This document shows positions 1 through 7,440 of a DNA stretch of 64,000 nt, in pieces. The translations under genes were made by a program, and so were the position numbers. Origin of the DNA: Candidatus Aminicenantes bacterium (GTDB lineage: Bacteria; Acidobacteriota; Aminicenantia; Aminicenantales; CAVYOD01); assembly GCA_963701305.1 (NCBI GenBank), contig OY969586.1:2825509-2889508 (forward strand). The letters run 5' to 3'. The notes below the pieces were generated by a model, which did no database searches, had not been told where the DNA came from, and was given only the letters and a program-made list of their open reading frames with translations. Numbering within the stretch: the first letter of the stretch is position 1; every line of letters begins with the position of its first letter.

Positions 1-439
1 CCCCTGTTTGCGACCAGGTGGTGGGCGGTCATGGTCCCTCCCACGGCCAGCCAAAAAAAGTACAGGCTCGGGTTGGAAATGTAGAGGAGGAGGACCCCAA
101 AAATCGGCTTGGGCGATGCCGGGGGCTTTTGGGTCGGTCGGGAAGTCATAAAAGTCTTCGAATGCCGGATCAGGCTGATCCCGATAAAGAATAAGATGAT
201 GGAGGCCAGGACTTTCATGTAGGGGAGAACCTTGGTCAGGTTGATGGTCATGTGGAAAAAACCGACCAGGGCCACCAGGCAATAGATGAAATCCAGTACC
301 GCGGTCGTCAACCCGGCGAGGAGGCCGTGCACAAAGTCGCGTCGGATGGTCTGGGAGACGACAAAAACATTCACCGGACCCAGGGGGATTGCGGCGATGA
401 ATCCGACCAGAATGCCGAGAAGCACGAACACGGGACTTC
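1..439 (-). CDS. LysE/RhtB-family amino-acid exporter, partial (C-terminus runs off the left end of the window)
   Basis: Hand translation of the minus strand gives VFVLLGILVGFIAAIPLGPVNVFVVSQTIRRDF...LVALVGFF...LASIILFFIGISLIRHS, which is the typical N-terminal LysE-translocator signature. There is a GTG start near 439 preceded by aaggtaag. It is absent from the ORF track because the frame has no stop inside the window. Confidence 0.55.
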
Positions 440-813
440 TTACCTTTCGTCGGGATTGATCAACCGCACAAGAATGGTATTTTATAACAGAAGCCAGCAG
501 GGGTGTCAATTTGAAACATCAACTCGTTCCTCGTGCTCGGTACCCCGTACCCCGTTCTCCGGAAATCCGCCAAAACCAAGAAATTTTGGGGTGGTTTTTT
601 CCATTGGCGATTGGAACCGTGCATAAAGAAAGCAGAAACGATTTGGGCTTTTCTTGATGAGCTGACCGGAGCACTGGAAACGTGACGTCTGTGACGAAAC
701 AAACGTGATGATGTTAGGACTGACAAAAAGAGTTGCGAGGAGTTAGTGACGGAACAGGGCCGCAAAGATAATCATGGGAGGGATGTTTCCACCAGACGGG
801 GGATTCCGACCGG

Positions 814-1083
814 TCACATCTTTCCCACGGCCTGGGTCGCATCGGATTCTTCATCCTCATCGGCTTCCGTCTCGATCCCGAGCAGCTTGGCGGTGCCTTC
901 ATAGATCATCTTGAAGGATTTCTTGGCCTGCTGAAGGTCAGCCAGTTTCTCTCTGACTTTTTGAAGTTCTTTTTCCACCTGTGAATCGATGCCGTCCAGT
1001 TGCCGTTTGGCTTCGTCCATGGTCTTGCGGTAAAGATCCTCTTGTTCCTTGCTTAAGGGCATCTTTAACTCCTCTTTAATCAT
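814..1083 (-). CDS. Small acidic coiled-coil protein (89 aa), likely co-transcribed downstream of the receiver-TonB gene
   Basis: ORF track. The protein is heptad-like and K/E/Q-rich (EKELQKVREKLADLQQAKK) with an acidic tail. There is a 13-nt gap to the upstream gene on the same strand. Confidence 0.4.
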   Translation of the reverse strand: MIKEELKMPLSKEQEDLYRKTMDEAKRQLDGIDSQVEKELQKVREKLADLQQAKKSFKMIYEGTAKLLGIETEADEDEESDATQAVGKM

Positions 1084-1096
1084 GTTTAATCATGCG

Positions 1097-2959
1097 TTAT
1101 TTTTTTGGCGTCTTGAATGTTATCGAGAGGGGCTTCCAGACTCTTACGTTGACTCCGTCTTTCGTGGCGGGCTTGAATTTCCATCTCCGGACGGCCGCTT
1201 CCGTGGCTTTTTCGAGCCCGTAGCCCTTGACCTGACTATTGAGGGTCACGATCTGCAGAACATCTCCATTCTCGGAGATAAGAGCATTGACGGTCACGGT
1301 CCCCTGAATCTCCCTTTGGAAAGCCAGGGGAGGGTAGACGGGGTCGATCATTTTGAGCACTTGAGGAGGAGTGGCCGTTTGCTCGAGAGGCACCAGGTCT
1401 CCCAATTTTGTTACGGCCGGCTTCGCCGCCGTGTCGGCCGCGGGCTCTTCTCCGGCTGGCTTTTCGGCGCCGGAGTTCAGTTGTTGCTCTCCACCATTTT
1501 CCTTTGGCTGGTTTTCCCCTGTCTGCGTCCCCGCCGGAAAATCAGCCGGCTTTTGGCTTGTCATCTGAGTTTGGAAATTGGGAATCGAGGCCGGAAGGAG
1601 AGGCTCGATTTTATCATCCGTCGCTTCACCGGCGCCGACATTCTGGACAATTTTTTTGGCAGGAGGTATCTTCTGTGGATTATCTTTTTGGGGCTTAGGC
1701 TTCTCGGCCACAACAGTTGGGTTGTCTTGAGCCTGCTGATCGAGCCCCGTATTCTGGATGTCGGCGGTCTGCAAAGCGGTCTGCTCCACAGGAGGCGGAG
1801 AGGCATGTTTGTGCGGCCTGAAGATGACGAAGACCGATCCGACGACCACCAGGACGGCCAGTCCGAAAATCATGACCCGTGGAGGAGGTTGATTCTTTTT
1901 CTTCTCTGCGTACCTGTCGTAGGGACTTGTCTGGGATAGACGCTTTTCGGAAACAGAACCAACTTCCAAGCGGGGCTCTTGAGGCGTCGGCTTCGTTGCC
2001 TCTTTGGGCTCCGGCTTATGTTCAGATTTGCGTCCTGGCTCGATCCCTGGCTGCTGCTTGTGCTCCTGCTTCTTGGGTTCGACCTTGAGCTCCCCCATGA
2101 GCGCTTCCGGCTCGGGTCTCCGTTCTTGGCGCTCGGGATTAGCCTTTTTCTTTTGTTCTGGCACGGCCAAGGCGGGGATTTGGTCCCAGGCCTCATCGTT
2201 CCTATTGGTTGGCTTTGAAGGGGCCACAGCAGCGGTCTTTTTCTTTTCCGGTTTCAAGCCGAATTCGGCCAGAGTATTTTTGAGCATGTTGTCAATCTCA
2301 GGGCTGGCCCCCTGTTTTTTTATTCTTTTTTCCTTTTCTTTCGGCTTTATGGTCAGAGTGCCGAAGGCTTCTTTCAATTCTTCGTCAATAAGGTCATCCA
2401 ACTTTTTTTTCCGGCCGTCTTCAGGTTTGGACGTCGCCTGAAAAGCCTTCAGACTCTGTTGCGAGAGAATTTCTAGCTTGTCGACGGGCTGAGGTGCCTT
2501 TGAGAGCTCGATTTCTTTTTCGGGACCCCGGAGATTCAAGAGCTCCAGGATTGTCGAGAGAAGCTCCTCTTTTTTGACCGGTTTGGGAAAGAACGCCGAG
2601 GCACCGCAAGAACGGAGGGCCTCGGTCTTTGACAGGGAATCCCTGTAGACACCGCTGACAATGATGACCGGGACTTTTGTGGGAAAAGCCGTCGTGATCT
2701 TTGTGCAGAGGTCAAAGCCGTCGAGCCGGGGAAGCATGGCTTCGAGGATGACGAGATGGGGATTCTCGGCCAGGAACATCTCCAGGCCGGCAAGCCCGTC
2801 GTTCGAGGTTACGATCTTGAAGCCTTCGGCCTCGAGGAATCTGGAAAGGGAATGGAGGGATTCCTTGTCAAAATCGATGATCAGAAGCTTCTTGTTCCTC
2901 ATTCTAGAGATTTTTCTACCTTCGAGGTATGTTATTTCATCCGGGAGACTAAAGGTCAA
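1097..2959 (-). CDS. Response-regulator receiver domain fused to a TonB C-terminal domain through a long K/E/P-rich linker and one TM helix
   Basis: The N-terminus is a CheY-like REC domain (LLIIDFD...LVILEAMLPRLDGFDL...IIVSG). Next comes a roughly 230-aa low-complexity linker (KKKLDDLIDEELKE, PEPKEATKPTPQEP), then a TM segment (VMIFGLAVLVVVGSVFVIF), then a proline-rich spacer. The C-terminus is a TonB_C domain (MIDPVYPPLAFQREIQGTVTVNALISENGDV...VRRWKFKPATKDGVNVRVW). Confidence 0.75.
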   Translation of the reverse strand: MTFSLPDEITYLEGRKISRMRNKKLLIIDFDKESLHSLSRFLEAEGFKIVTSNDGLAGLEMFLAENPHLVILEAMLPRLDGFDLCTKITTAFPTKVPVIIVSGVYRDSLSKTEALRSCGASAFFPKPVKKEELLSTILELLNLRGPEKEIELSKAPQPVDKLEILSQQSLKAFQATSKPEDGRKKKLDDLIDEELKEAFGTLTIKPKEKEKRIKKQGASPEIDNMLKNTLAEFGLKPEKKKTAAVAPSKPTNRNDEAWDQIPALAVPEQKKKANPERQERRPEPEALMGELKVEPKKQEHKQQPGIEPGRKSEHKPEPKEATKPTPQEPRLEVGSVSEKRLSQTSPYDRYAEKKKNQPPPRVMIFGLAVLVVVGSVFVIFRPHKHASPPPVEQTALQTADIQNTGLDQQAQDNPTVVAEKPKPQKDNPQKIPPAKKIVQNVGAGEATDDKIEPLLPASIPNFQTQMTSQKPADFPAGTQTGENQPKENGGEQQLNSGAEKPAGEEPAADTAAKPAVTKLGDLVPLEQTATPPQVLKMIDPVYPPLAFQREIQGTVTVNALISENGDVLQIVTLNSQVKGYGLEKATEAAVRRWKFKPATKDGVNVRVWKPLSITFKTPKK

Positions 2960-3065
2960 TCACCCTTTGGGGTGATTTTGAGGATGATATTTCCCCCTGA
3001 TTTTTCCCCCTAAGCAGAGTCCTGTTTTCATCGCCCTACTCCACCAGGCGGGGCGCCTGTTCGGG

Positions 3066-3094
3066 TTGACAGGAAAGGTGCGTTCCGGTATGAT
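3066..3094 (+). promoter_or_regulatory. Sigma70-like promoter TTGACA-17-TATGAT upstream of the BNR gene
   Basis: The -35 element ttgaca, a 17-nt spacer ggaaaggtgcgttccgg and the -10 element tatgat lie about 40 nt upstream of the ATG at 3135. An RBS ggaatgaaggggaaag precedes the start. Confidence 0.4.
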
Positions 3095-3134
3095 GAAACC
3101 AAGTTCTGGGAAGTGGGAATGAAGGGGAAAGACC

Positions 3135-5105
3135 ATGAAAACAACAAAGGAAAAAACCCTGACCGCGCTGTGTTTATCGGTTTTTTTTGCTTTGGGGGGA
3201 CTGGCTCCCGCCGACATATCAGCCCAGGGGGCGACCTGGTCCTCTGTGGGGCCCGACGGCGGGAATGTCGCCGGTCTCGTGTCCATCAGTTCGTCCAGTT
3301 TTCTTGAGCTCTACGCCGTGGTCAAGAGTTTCCCGGCCCAGGTTTTCAAATCGACCAGCGGCGGCTCAACCTGGACGAGGATCGCCACCATCCAGGATAC
3401 AATCTACGACCTGAAAAACGCCCCCTCGAGTCCGAACACGTTCTATGCCCTGGCCAAAGGGGCCGTCTACAAGTCGCTCAACAAGGGTCTGACCTGGACC
3501 CGTCACAACCTGCCCAGCAACTGTTTTGGGGACAAGGGGCAGCTGGCTATCCAGCCGACGACTCCGAACTTTCTCTATGTCGCGAGCTACCGCCTGTACG
3601 ATGTCGCCAACAACAAAACCTGCATCGCCGTCCTCAAGTCCACCAATGGCGGCCAGACCTGGTCCTTTAGGACGCTGGCCCAGACCGGGAGCAATTCGGG
3701 CTTTGCGTCTTGCCTGGCGCTCAGCAAGCTCAATGCCAATCTCGTCTTCACCGGCGGCGTTTTCAATGACGCCTCGGGCGACCATTTCCGCATCTATAAA
3801 AGCACGGACGGGGGTATCAACTATTTGAACAAAACCGGAACGATCAATACGCTTCCGCTGTCGATCGTAACCCATCCCGCAGATATGAACAGAGCCTTGG
3901 TCGGCACGGCCGTGGGAATCTATCGGACCACGAACGGCGGAGACGCCTGGCTGAAAAACAACGGATCCGCTTTTGCTTTTTCGCTCGCCCTCGACAACGT
4001 CAACTCCCAGGTGGTCTATGGGGGATATGATAAGGAGATTTACAAGAGCACCAACGGCGGAGCCGACTGGACAAAGTACGTCGGGCTCCTGGGGGTCTGC
4101 ACGGATCTTCTGGCGAATTCCAGCACCGTCTATTTTGCCTCGACGGCCGGGGTCTTTAAGAGTTCAACCGGCGGGACTTCTTGGGCCGGTGCGATCGGCG
4201 GCATGAAAGCCGCGGAGATCCCGGGAGTGGCCGTCGCCTTCAGCTCTTCCAACATTGTCTACGCCGGAGTCAAAAACAACGGTATCTTTAGATCGATCGA
4301 CTCGGGAACGAGTTGGACGCGGACACCCCTTTTCCCCGGTGCAGACGCCATCACCAGGATCGCTGTCAATCAGGGCAATCCCAGCCTGCTCTATGCCCTT
4401 GCTTCCGTCCCAGGGCCTAATCTGGTTTATGAGTCTAATGACGGCGGCGACAATTGGATGGTCATCCTGACCGATTTTTGCCAGGATATGGCGGTCAGCA
4501 GGCTCAATTTTGCCAGGCTCTTCTTGGCCGGGCAGAAGCTCGTCGGGAGCAATTTCTTCCTGGCTCTCCACAAATCCACGGACAGAGGCGTCACCTGGTC
4601 CCATATCCAGATTTCGGCGACCGCGGGAACCAGCGGCAACGCCGTGGCCGTGCAACCATCGAATGACAACGTTATCCTTGTCGGAGGCCAGCTCGCGACC
4701 GGCGGAATTCTATACAAGTCGACGAACGGCGGCAGTTCCTGGGTTCGTATCACCGGGACGATCAAGGGCATCGTGCGAGCCATCACTTTCGACCCCAATT
4801 CCGTCAGCCGGATTTATGTCGGGGCCGACGACGGGTTCTACAAGAGTGAGAACGGAGGATCTTCCTGGACTCGCAAGCTGAACAGAGGGATCCGGTGCAT
4901 CCAGGTCAACCCGTTGACGCCGAATGTCGTTTTTGCCGGAGGTCCGGAGGGTGTTTTCAAGAGCTCCGATTCCGGAAACACCTGGAAAGATTTTAACCAG
5001 ACGATCCCGGCCAGAACGGTTTATGGGATGGACATCGATGGCGCGCACAGAATCCTCTACGCCGCCACGATTGGAGGAAGCGTCTGCATCAGAGCCCTCT
5101 TTTAG
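3135..5105 (+). CDS. Secreted BNR/Asp-box repeat protein (Ycf48/sortilin-like beta-propeller, glycosyl-hydrolase-like)
   Basis: There is a signal peptide (MKTTKEKTLTALCLSVFFALGGLAPADISAQG). At least ten S-x-D/N-G-G-x-x-W Asp-box motifs are present (STNGGQTW, STDGG, TTNGGDAW, STNGGADW, SIDSGTSW, SNDGGDNW, STDRGVTW, STNGGSSW, SENGGSSW, SDSGNTW). Confidence 0.8.
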   Translation: MKTTKEKTLTALCLSVFFALGGLAPADISAQGATWSSVGPDGGNVAGLVSISSSSFLELYAVVKSFPAQVFKSTSGGSTWTRIATIQDTIYDLKNAPSSPNTFYALAKGAVYKSLNKGLTWTRHNLPSNCFGDKGQLAIQPTTPNFLYVASYRLYDVANNKTCIAVLKSTNGGQTWSFRTLAQTGSNSGFASCLALSKLNANLVFTGGVFNDASGDHFRIYKSTDGGINYLNKTGTINTLPLSIVTHPADMNRALVGTAVGIYRTTNGGDAWLKNNGSAFAFSLALDNVNSQVVYGGYDKEIYKSTNGGADWTKYVGLLGVCTDLLANSSTVYFASTAGVFKSSTGGTSWAGAIGGMKAAEIPGVAVAFSSSNIVYAGVKNNGIFRSIDSGTSWTRTPLFPGADAITRIAVNQGNPSLLYALASVPGPNLVYESNDGGDNWMVILTDFCQDMAVSRLNFARLFLAGQKLVGSNFFLALHKSTDRGVTWSHIQISATAGTSGNAVAVQPSNDNVILVGGQLATGGILYKSTNGGSSWVRITGTIKGIVRAITFDPNSVSRIYVGADDGFYKSENGGSSWTRKLNRGIRCIQVNPLTPNVVFAGGPEGVFKSSDSGNTWKDFNQTIPARTVYGMDIDGAHRILYAATIGGSVCIRALF

Positions 5106-5217
5106 GGATCGAATAATCCGGACAGTTGGAACGGCCCCGCCCCAAAAATCAGTCGCGACCTAAACTCAAAAAAGAACGCAGAGGCATTTTTGTGTTAAAA
5201 TCGGAGAGGAGATAGAG

Positions 5218-5850
5218 ATGGCAAATCGAGCCAAATTCTGGCTGATCATTTTTGTCCTCCTCTCGGCCTTTGTCCGGCCCGCACTGGCGATCCTGAAAAA
5301 AGGGGAGAAATTCCTTCCATTCTCCCTCAAAGGGATCGACGAAAAAACCTACACCGTCAAGATGGAAGGCGGGAGACTTACGGTCCTCGTCGAGTTTCAA
5401 AAGGAGGGGAGGAGGGAAGTCGAGAAGTCCCTCCCGGGGGCTGTTCTGATCGATTTTTGGGCGACCTGGTGCGTGCCGTGCCGGACGGCCATGCCTTACC
5501 TGGAAAAACTCTATGAGCGCTATCAACCCAAGCCGGGCCAGGAGGCAGGCGGACTTTTGCTCTTCGGGATAGGTCTTGATCAAAAGGGATCGAAGGTCAT
5601 AAGGCCCTTCTATGAGAAGCTCAAGATCACATATCCGATGCTTTCCGACCCGTCGGAGGGGGCCGAGAGCGACGACCTGCTGCGCACGACGAGAGGGATG
5701 TCGACGAAATACGGAGTTCAGGAGATCCCGGTCGTTTATCTCATCGACTCCAAAGGAATCATCGATCATGCCCATATCGGGTTCAAGAAAGAAGAAATGA
5801 GCGACCTCGAAAGAACGGTCCAATCGTTGATCAAGGAAGGCACGAAATGA
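5218..5850 (+). CDS. TlpA/ResA-like periplasmic thiol-disulfide oxidoreductase (thioredoxin fold, WCxPC)
   Basis: An N-terminal signal anchor (MANRAKFWLIIFVLLSAFVRPALA) is followed by the active site FWATWCVPCRTAMPYLEKLYERY. Its stop codon overlaps the next start (ATGA). Confidence 0.8.
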   Translation: MANRAKFWLIIFVLLSAFVRPALAILKKGEKFLPFSLKGIDEKTYTVKMEGGRLTVLVEFQKEGRREVEKSLPGAVLIDFWATWCVPCRTAMPYLEKLYERYQPKPGQEAGGLLLFGIGLDQKGSKVIRPFYEKLKITYPMLSDPSEGAESDDLLRTTRGMSTKYGVQEIPVVYLIDSKGIIDHAHIGFKKEEMSDLERTVQSLIKEGTK

Positions 5851-5981
5851 AACGCAGGTGGTCGCTGTGGCTGATTTTTCTTTTTATCGCCCTGATGATC
5901 GCCGGGCTCGCCATGGGCGAATTCAGGTCCGTGCTGGAAAAAGCGATCACCATCTGTCTGGATTGCATCGGGATCGGCTGA
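5847..5981 (+). CDS. 44-aa membrane peptide with a C-terminal CxxC motif (MKRRWSLWLIFLFIALMIAGLAMGEFRSVLEKAITICLDCIGIG)
   Basis: I found this by reading the sequence; it is below the ORF-track length cutoff. Its ATG overlaps the thioredoxin stop (aaATGA), it has a basic N-terminus plus one TM helix plus CLDC, and it ends 21 nt before the ferredoxin gene. Confidence 0.45.
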   Translation: MKRRWSLWLIFLFIALMIAGLAMGEFRSVLEKAITICLDCIGIG

Positions 5982-6002
5982 TCGGAGGAGCGGGGAGCGC
6001 CG

Positions 6003-6881
6003 ATGAAGTTGCGCGATAAGCGGAGGTGGTTCCAGTGGCTGAGCACTCTGGGAAATAACATCTACCTCCCCGCGTTTCTCAAAGGGCAGATCTTCCAGGG
6101 CGGCAGCAAGGGGGTGTGTGTTCCCGTATTGAATTGCTACTCTTGCCCGTCCGCAGTTACGGCCTGCCCGATCGGCTCGCTTCAGAACGCCTTCGGGTCG
6201 ATCAGGTTCAAGCTAACCGTGGCCGAATATCAATTCGGCCTCTATGTCCTCGGCCTCCTGGGCGCCGTCGGCGGCCTCGTGGGAAGGATCCCCTGCGGTT
6301 GGCTCTGCCCGTTTGGCCTGATTCAAGAACTCATTTATAAGATCCCGGGACCGAAGATCAAAGTGCCTAAATTCCTGAGCTATTTGAAATACGTGGTCCT
6401 GGCGGTGATGGTCATCGCCCTGCCCCTCCTCATCGTGGACGAATTCGGCTACGGCCAGACCTGGTTCTGCAAGTGGATCTGTCCGGCCGGGACGCTCGAG
6501 GCCGGCATTCCCCTCGTCCTCCTGAGCGCCGCGATCCGCAAGCAGGTCGCCTTCATGTACGCCTGGAAAGTGGGGGTTCTGGTCTTTTTTGTCGCCTGGA
6601 TGATCGTCAGCCAGCGTCCTTTCTGCCGCACGACCTGCCCTCTGGGGGCATTTCTCGGGATCTTCAATAAAATGAGCCTTTTCCGGATGGTCGTAGACGA
6701 TGAAAGGTGCACGGAATGCAATAAGTGCGTCCGGGACTGCCCGGTCGGAGTCGAAGTCTATAAAACGCCCAACAGCCCGGACTGCATCCGCTGTCTGAAG
6801 TGCGTGGATTCCTGCAAATACGGGTATATCGGATACGAATTCCTGCCCAAAAAATCGAAAAAGGAAGAATCTTTGGCCTAG
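6003..6881 (+). CDS. NapH/MauN/CcoG-type membrane polyferredoxin (four CxxCP motifs plus two 4Fe-4S ferredoxin motifs)
   Basis: The CxxCP motifs are CYSCPSAVTACP, CGWLCPFG, CKWICPAG and CRTTCPLG, sitting between hydrophobic helices. The C-terminus carries CTECNKCVRDCP and CIRCLKCVDSC. An RBS ggaggagcgggg precedes the start. Confidence 0.8.
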   Translation: MKLRDKRRWFQWLSTLGNNIYLPAFLKGQIFQGGSKGVCVPVLNCYSCPSAVTACPIGSLQNAFGSIRFKLTVAEYQFGLYVLGLLGAVGGLVGRIPCGWLCPFGLIQELIYKIPGPKIKVPKFLSYLKYVVLAVMVIALPLLIVDEFGYGQTWFCKWICPAGTLEAGIPLVLLSAAIRKQVAFMYAWKVGVLVFFVAWMIVSQRPFCRTTCPLGAFLGIFNKMSLFRMVVDDERCTECNKCVRDCPVGVEVYKTPNSPDCIRCLKCVDSCKYGYIGYEFLPKKSKKEESLA

Positions 6882-6914
6882 GTGAGACAAGGACGCCTAT
6901 CGGCCCAATTCGTC

Positions 6915-6940
6915 CCTGAACCTCAGGCCGGGATTTTTTT
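6915..6940. terminator. Putative bidirectional intrinsic terminator between convergent genes
   Basis: The hairpin cctga-acc-tcagg is followed by ccgggattttttt, lying between the ferredoxin gene (ends 6881) and the RHH gene (ends 6940). Confidence 0.3.
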
Positions 6941-7224
6941 CATTTCCAGTCTGTAGGATTGACGATTTCTAGGTCTTTGATGGCTTCCGTGAAGCTCGTT
7001 TCGTCTTTTTCTGTCCAAACGCCAAAAAGGTCCATGAATTCATCCTGATGGTCGTTTTTTTTGCCGCCCAGTCCGAGTGATTTTCCTAGAAGTTCCTTCA
7101 CAGTTTTATTGACGCTCATCTGTTCGGATTTTGCTCGTTTTCTTATTAATTTTTCCAATTCCCCATCCATCCCAGGTATTGAGATCGACTTCGCGGCGCC
7201 TTTATGATTATATTTATGATTCAT
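6940..7224 (-). CDS. Ribbon-helix-helix (CopG/VapB-like) putative antitoxin or transcriptional repressor, orphan
   Basis: KSISIPGMDGELEKLIRKRAKSEQMSVNKTVKELL is an RHH beta-strand plus helix pattern. The gene is AT-rich (about 40% GC) in a 58% GC context. No toxin partner is adjacent. Confidence 0.45.
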   Translation of the reverse strand: MNHKYNHKGAAKSISIPGMDGELEKLIRKRAKSEQMSVNKTVKELLGKSLGLGGKKNDHQDEFMDLFGVWTEKDETSFTEAIKDLEIVNPTDWK

Positions 7225-7440
7225 TACGAAGCATGTTATACATTAATATTTGCCAGTGTTCAACCCGTGGGGGAAACCTCAATTATCTATATCTCAAAAT
7301 GCTCCCAGGAGTATTTAACCGGACGGGGGAGCGCCGTCGCGGGGCCCCATCTTATTCGAACGTGGTAGAGATGGCGCATTGGCCCGAAGGAGCCGAGAAG
7401 GACGGGACTCTCAGGCCCCGACAGGAGCAGGGAGAAGCTC

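Noticed and set aside
252-765. ORFs 252..626 (+) and 460..765 (-) at the left end
   Set aside because: They have no motifs or domain-like features. The 1..439 minus-strand frame gives a convincing LysE-type membrane protein instead, and the rest is probably the intergenic leader.
1049-2441. Plus-strand ORFs of 296 aa, 145 aa and others overlapping the receiver-TonB gene
   Set aside because: They are antisense shadow ORFs typical of high-GC DNA. The minus-strand frame carries recognisable REC and TonB_C domains.
5149-5823. 224-aa minus-strand ORF overlapping the thioredoxin gene
   Set aside because: The plus-strand frame has a signal peptide plus the WCVPC active site and is translationally coupled to the downstream genes. 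The minus ORF is an antisense artefact.
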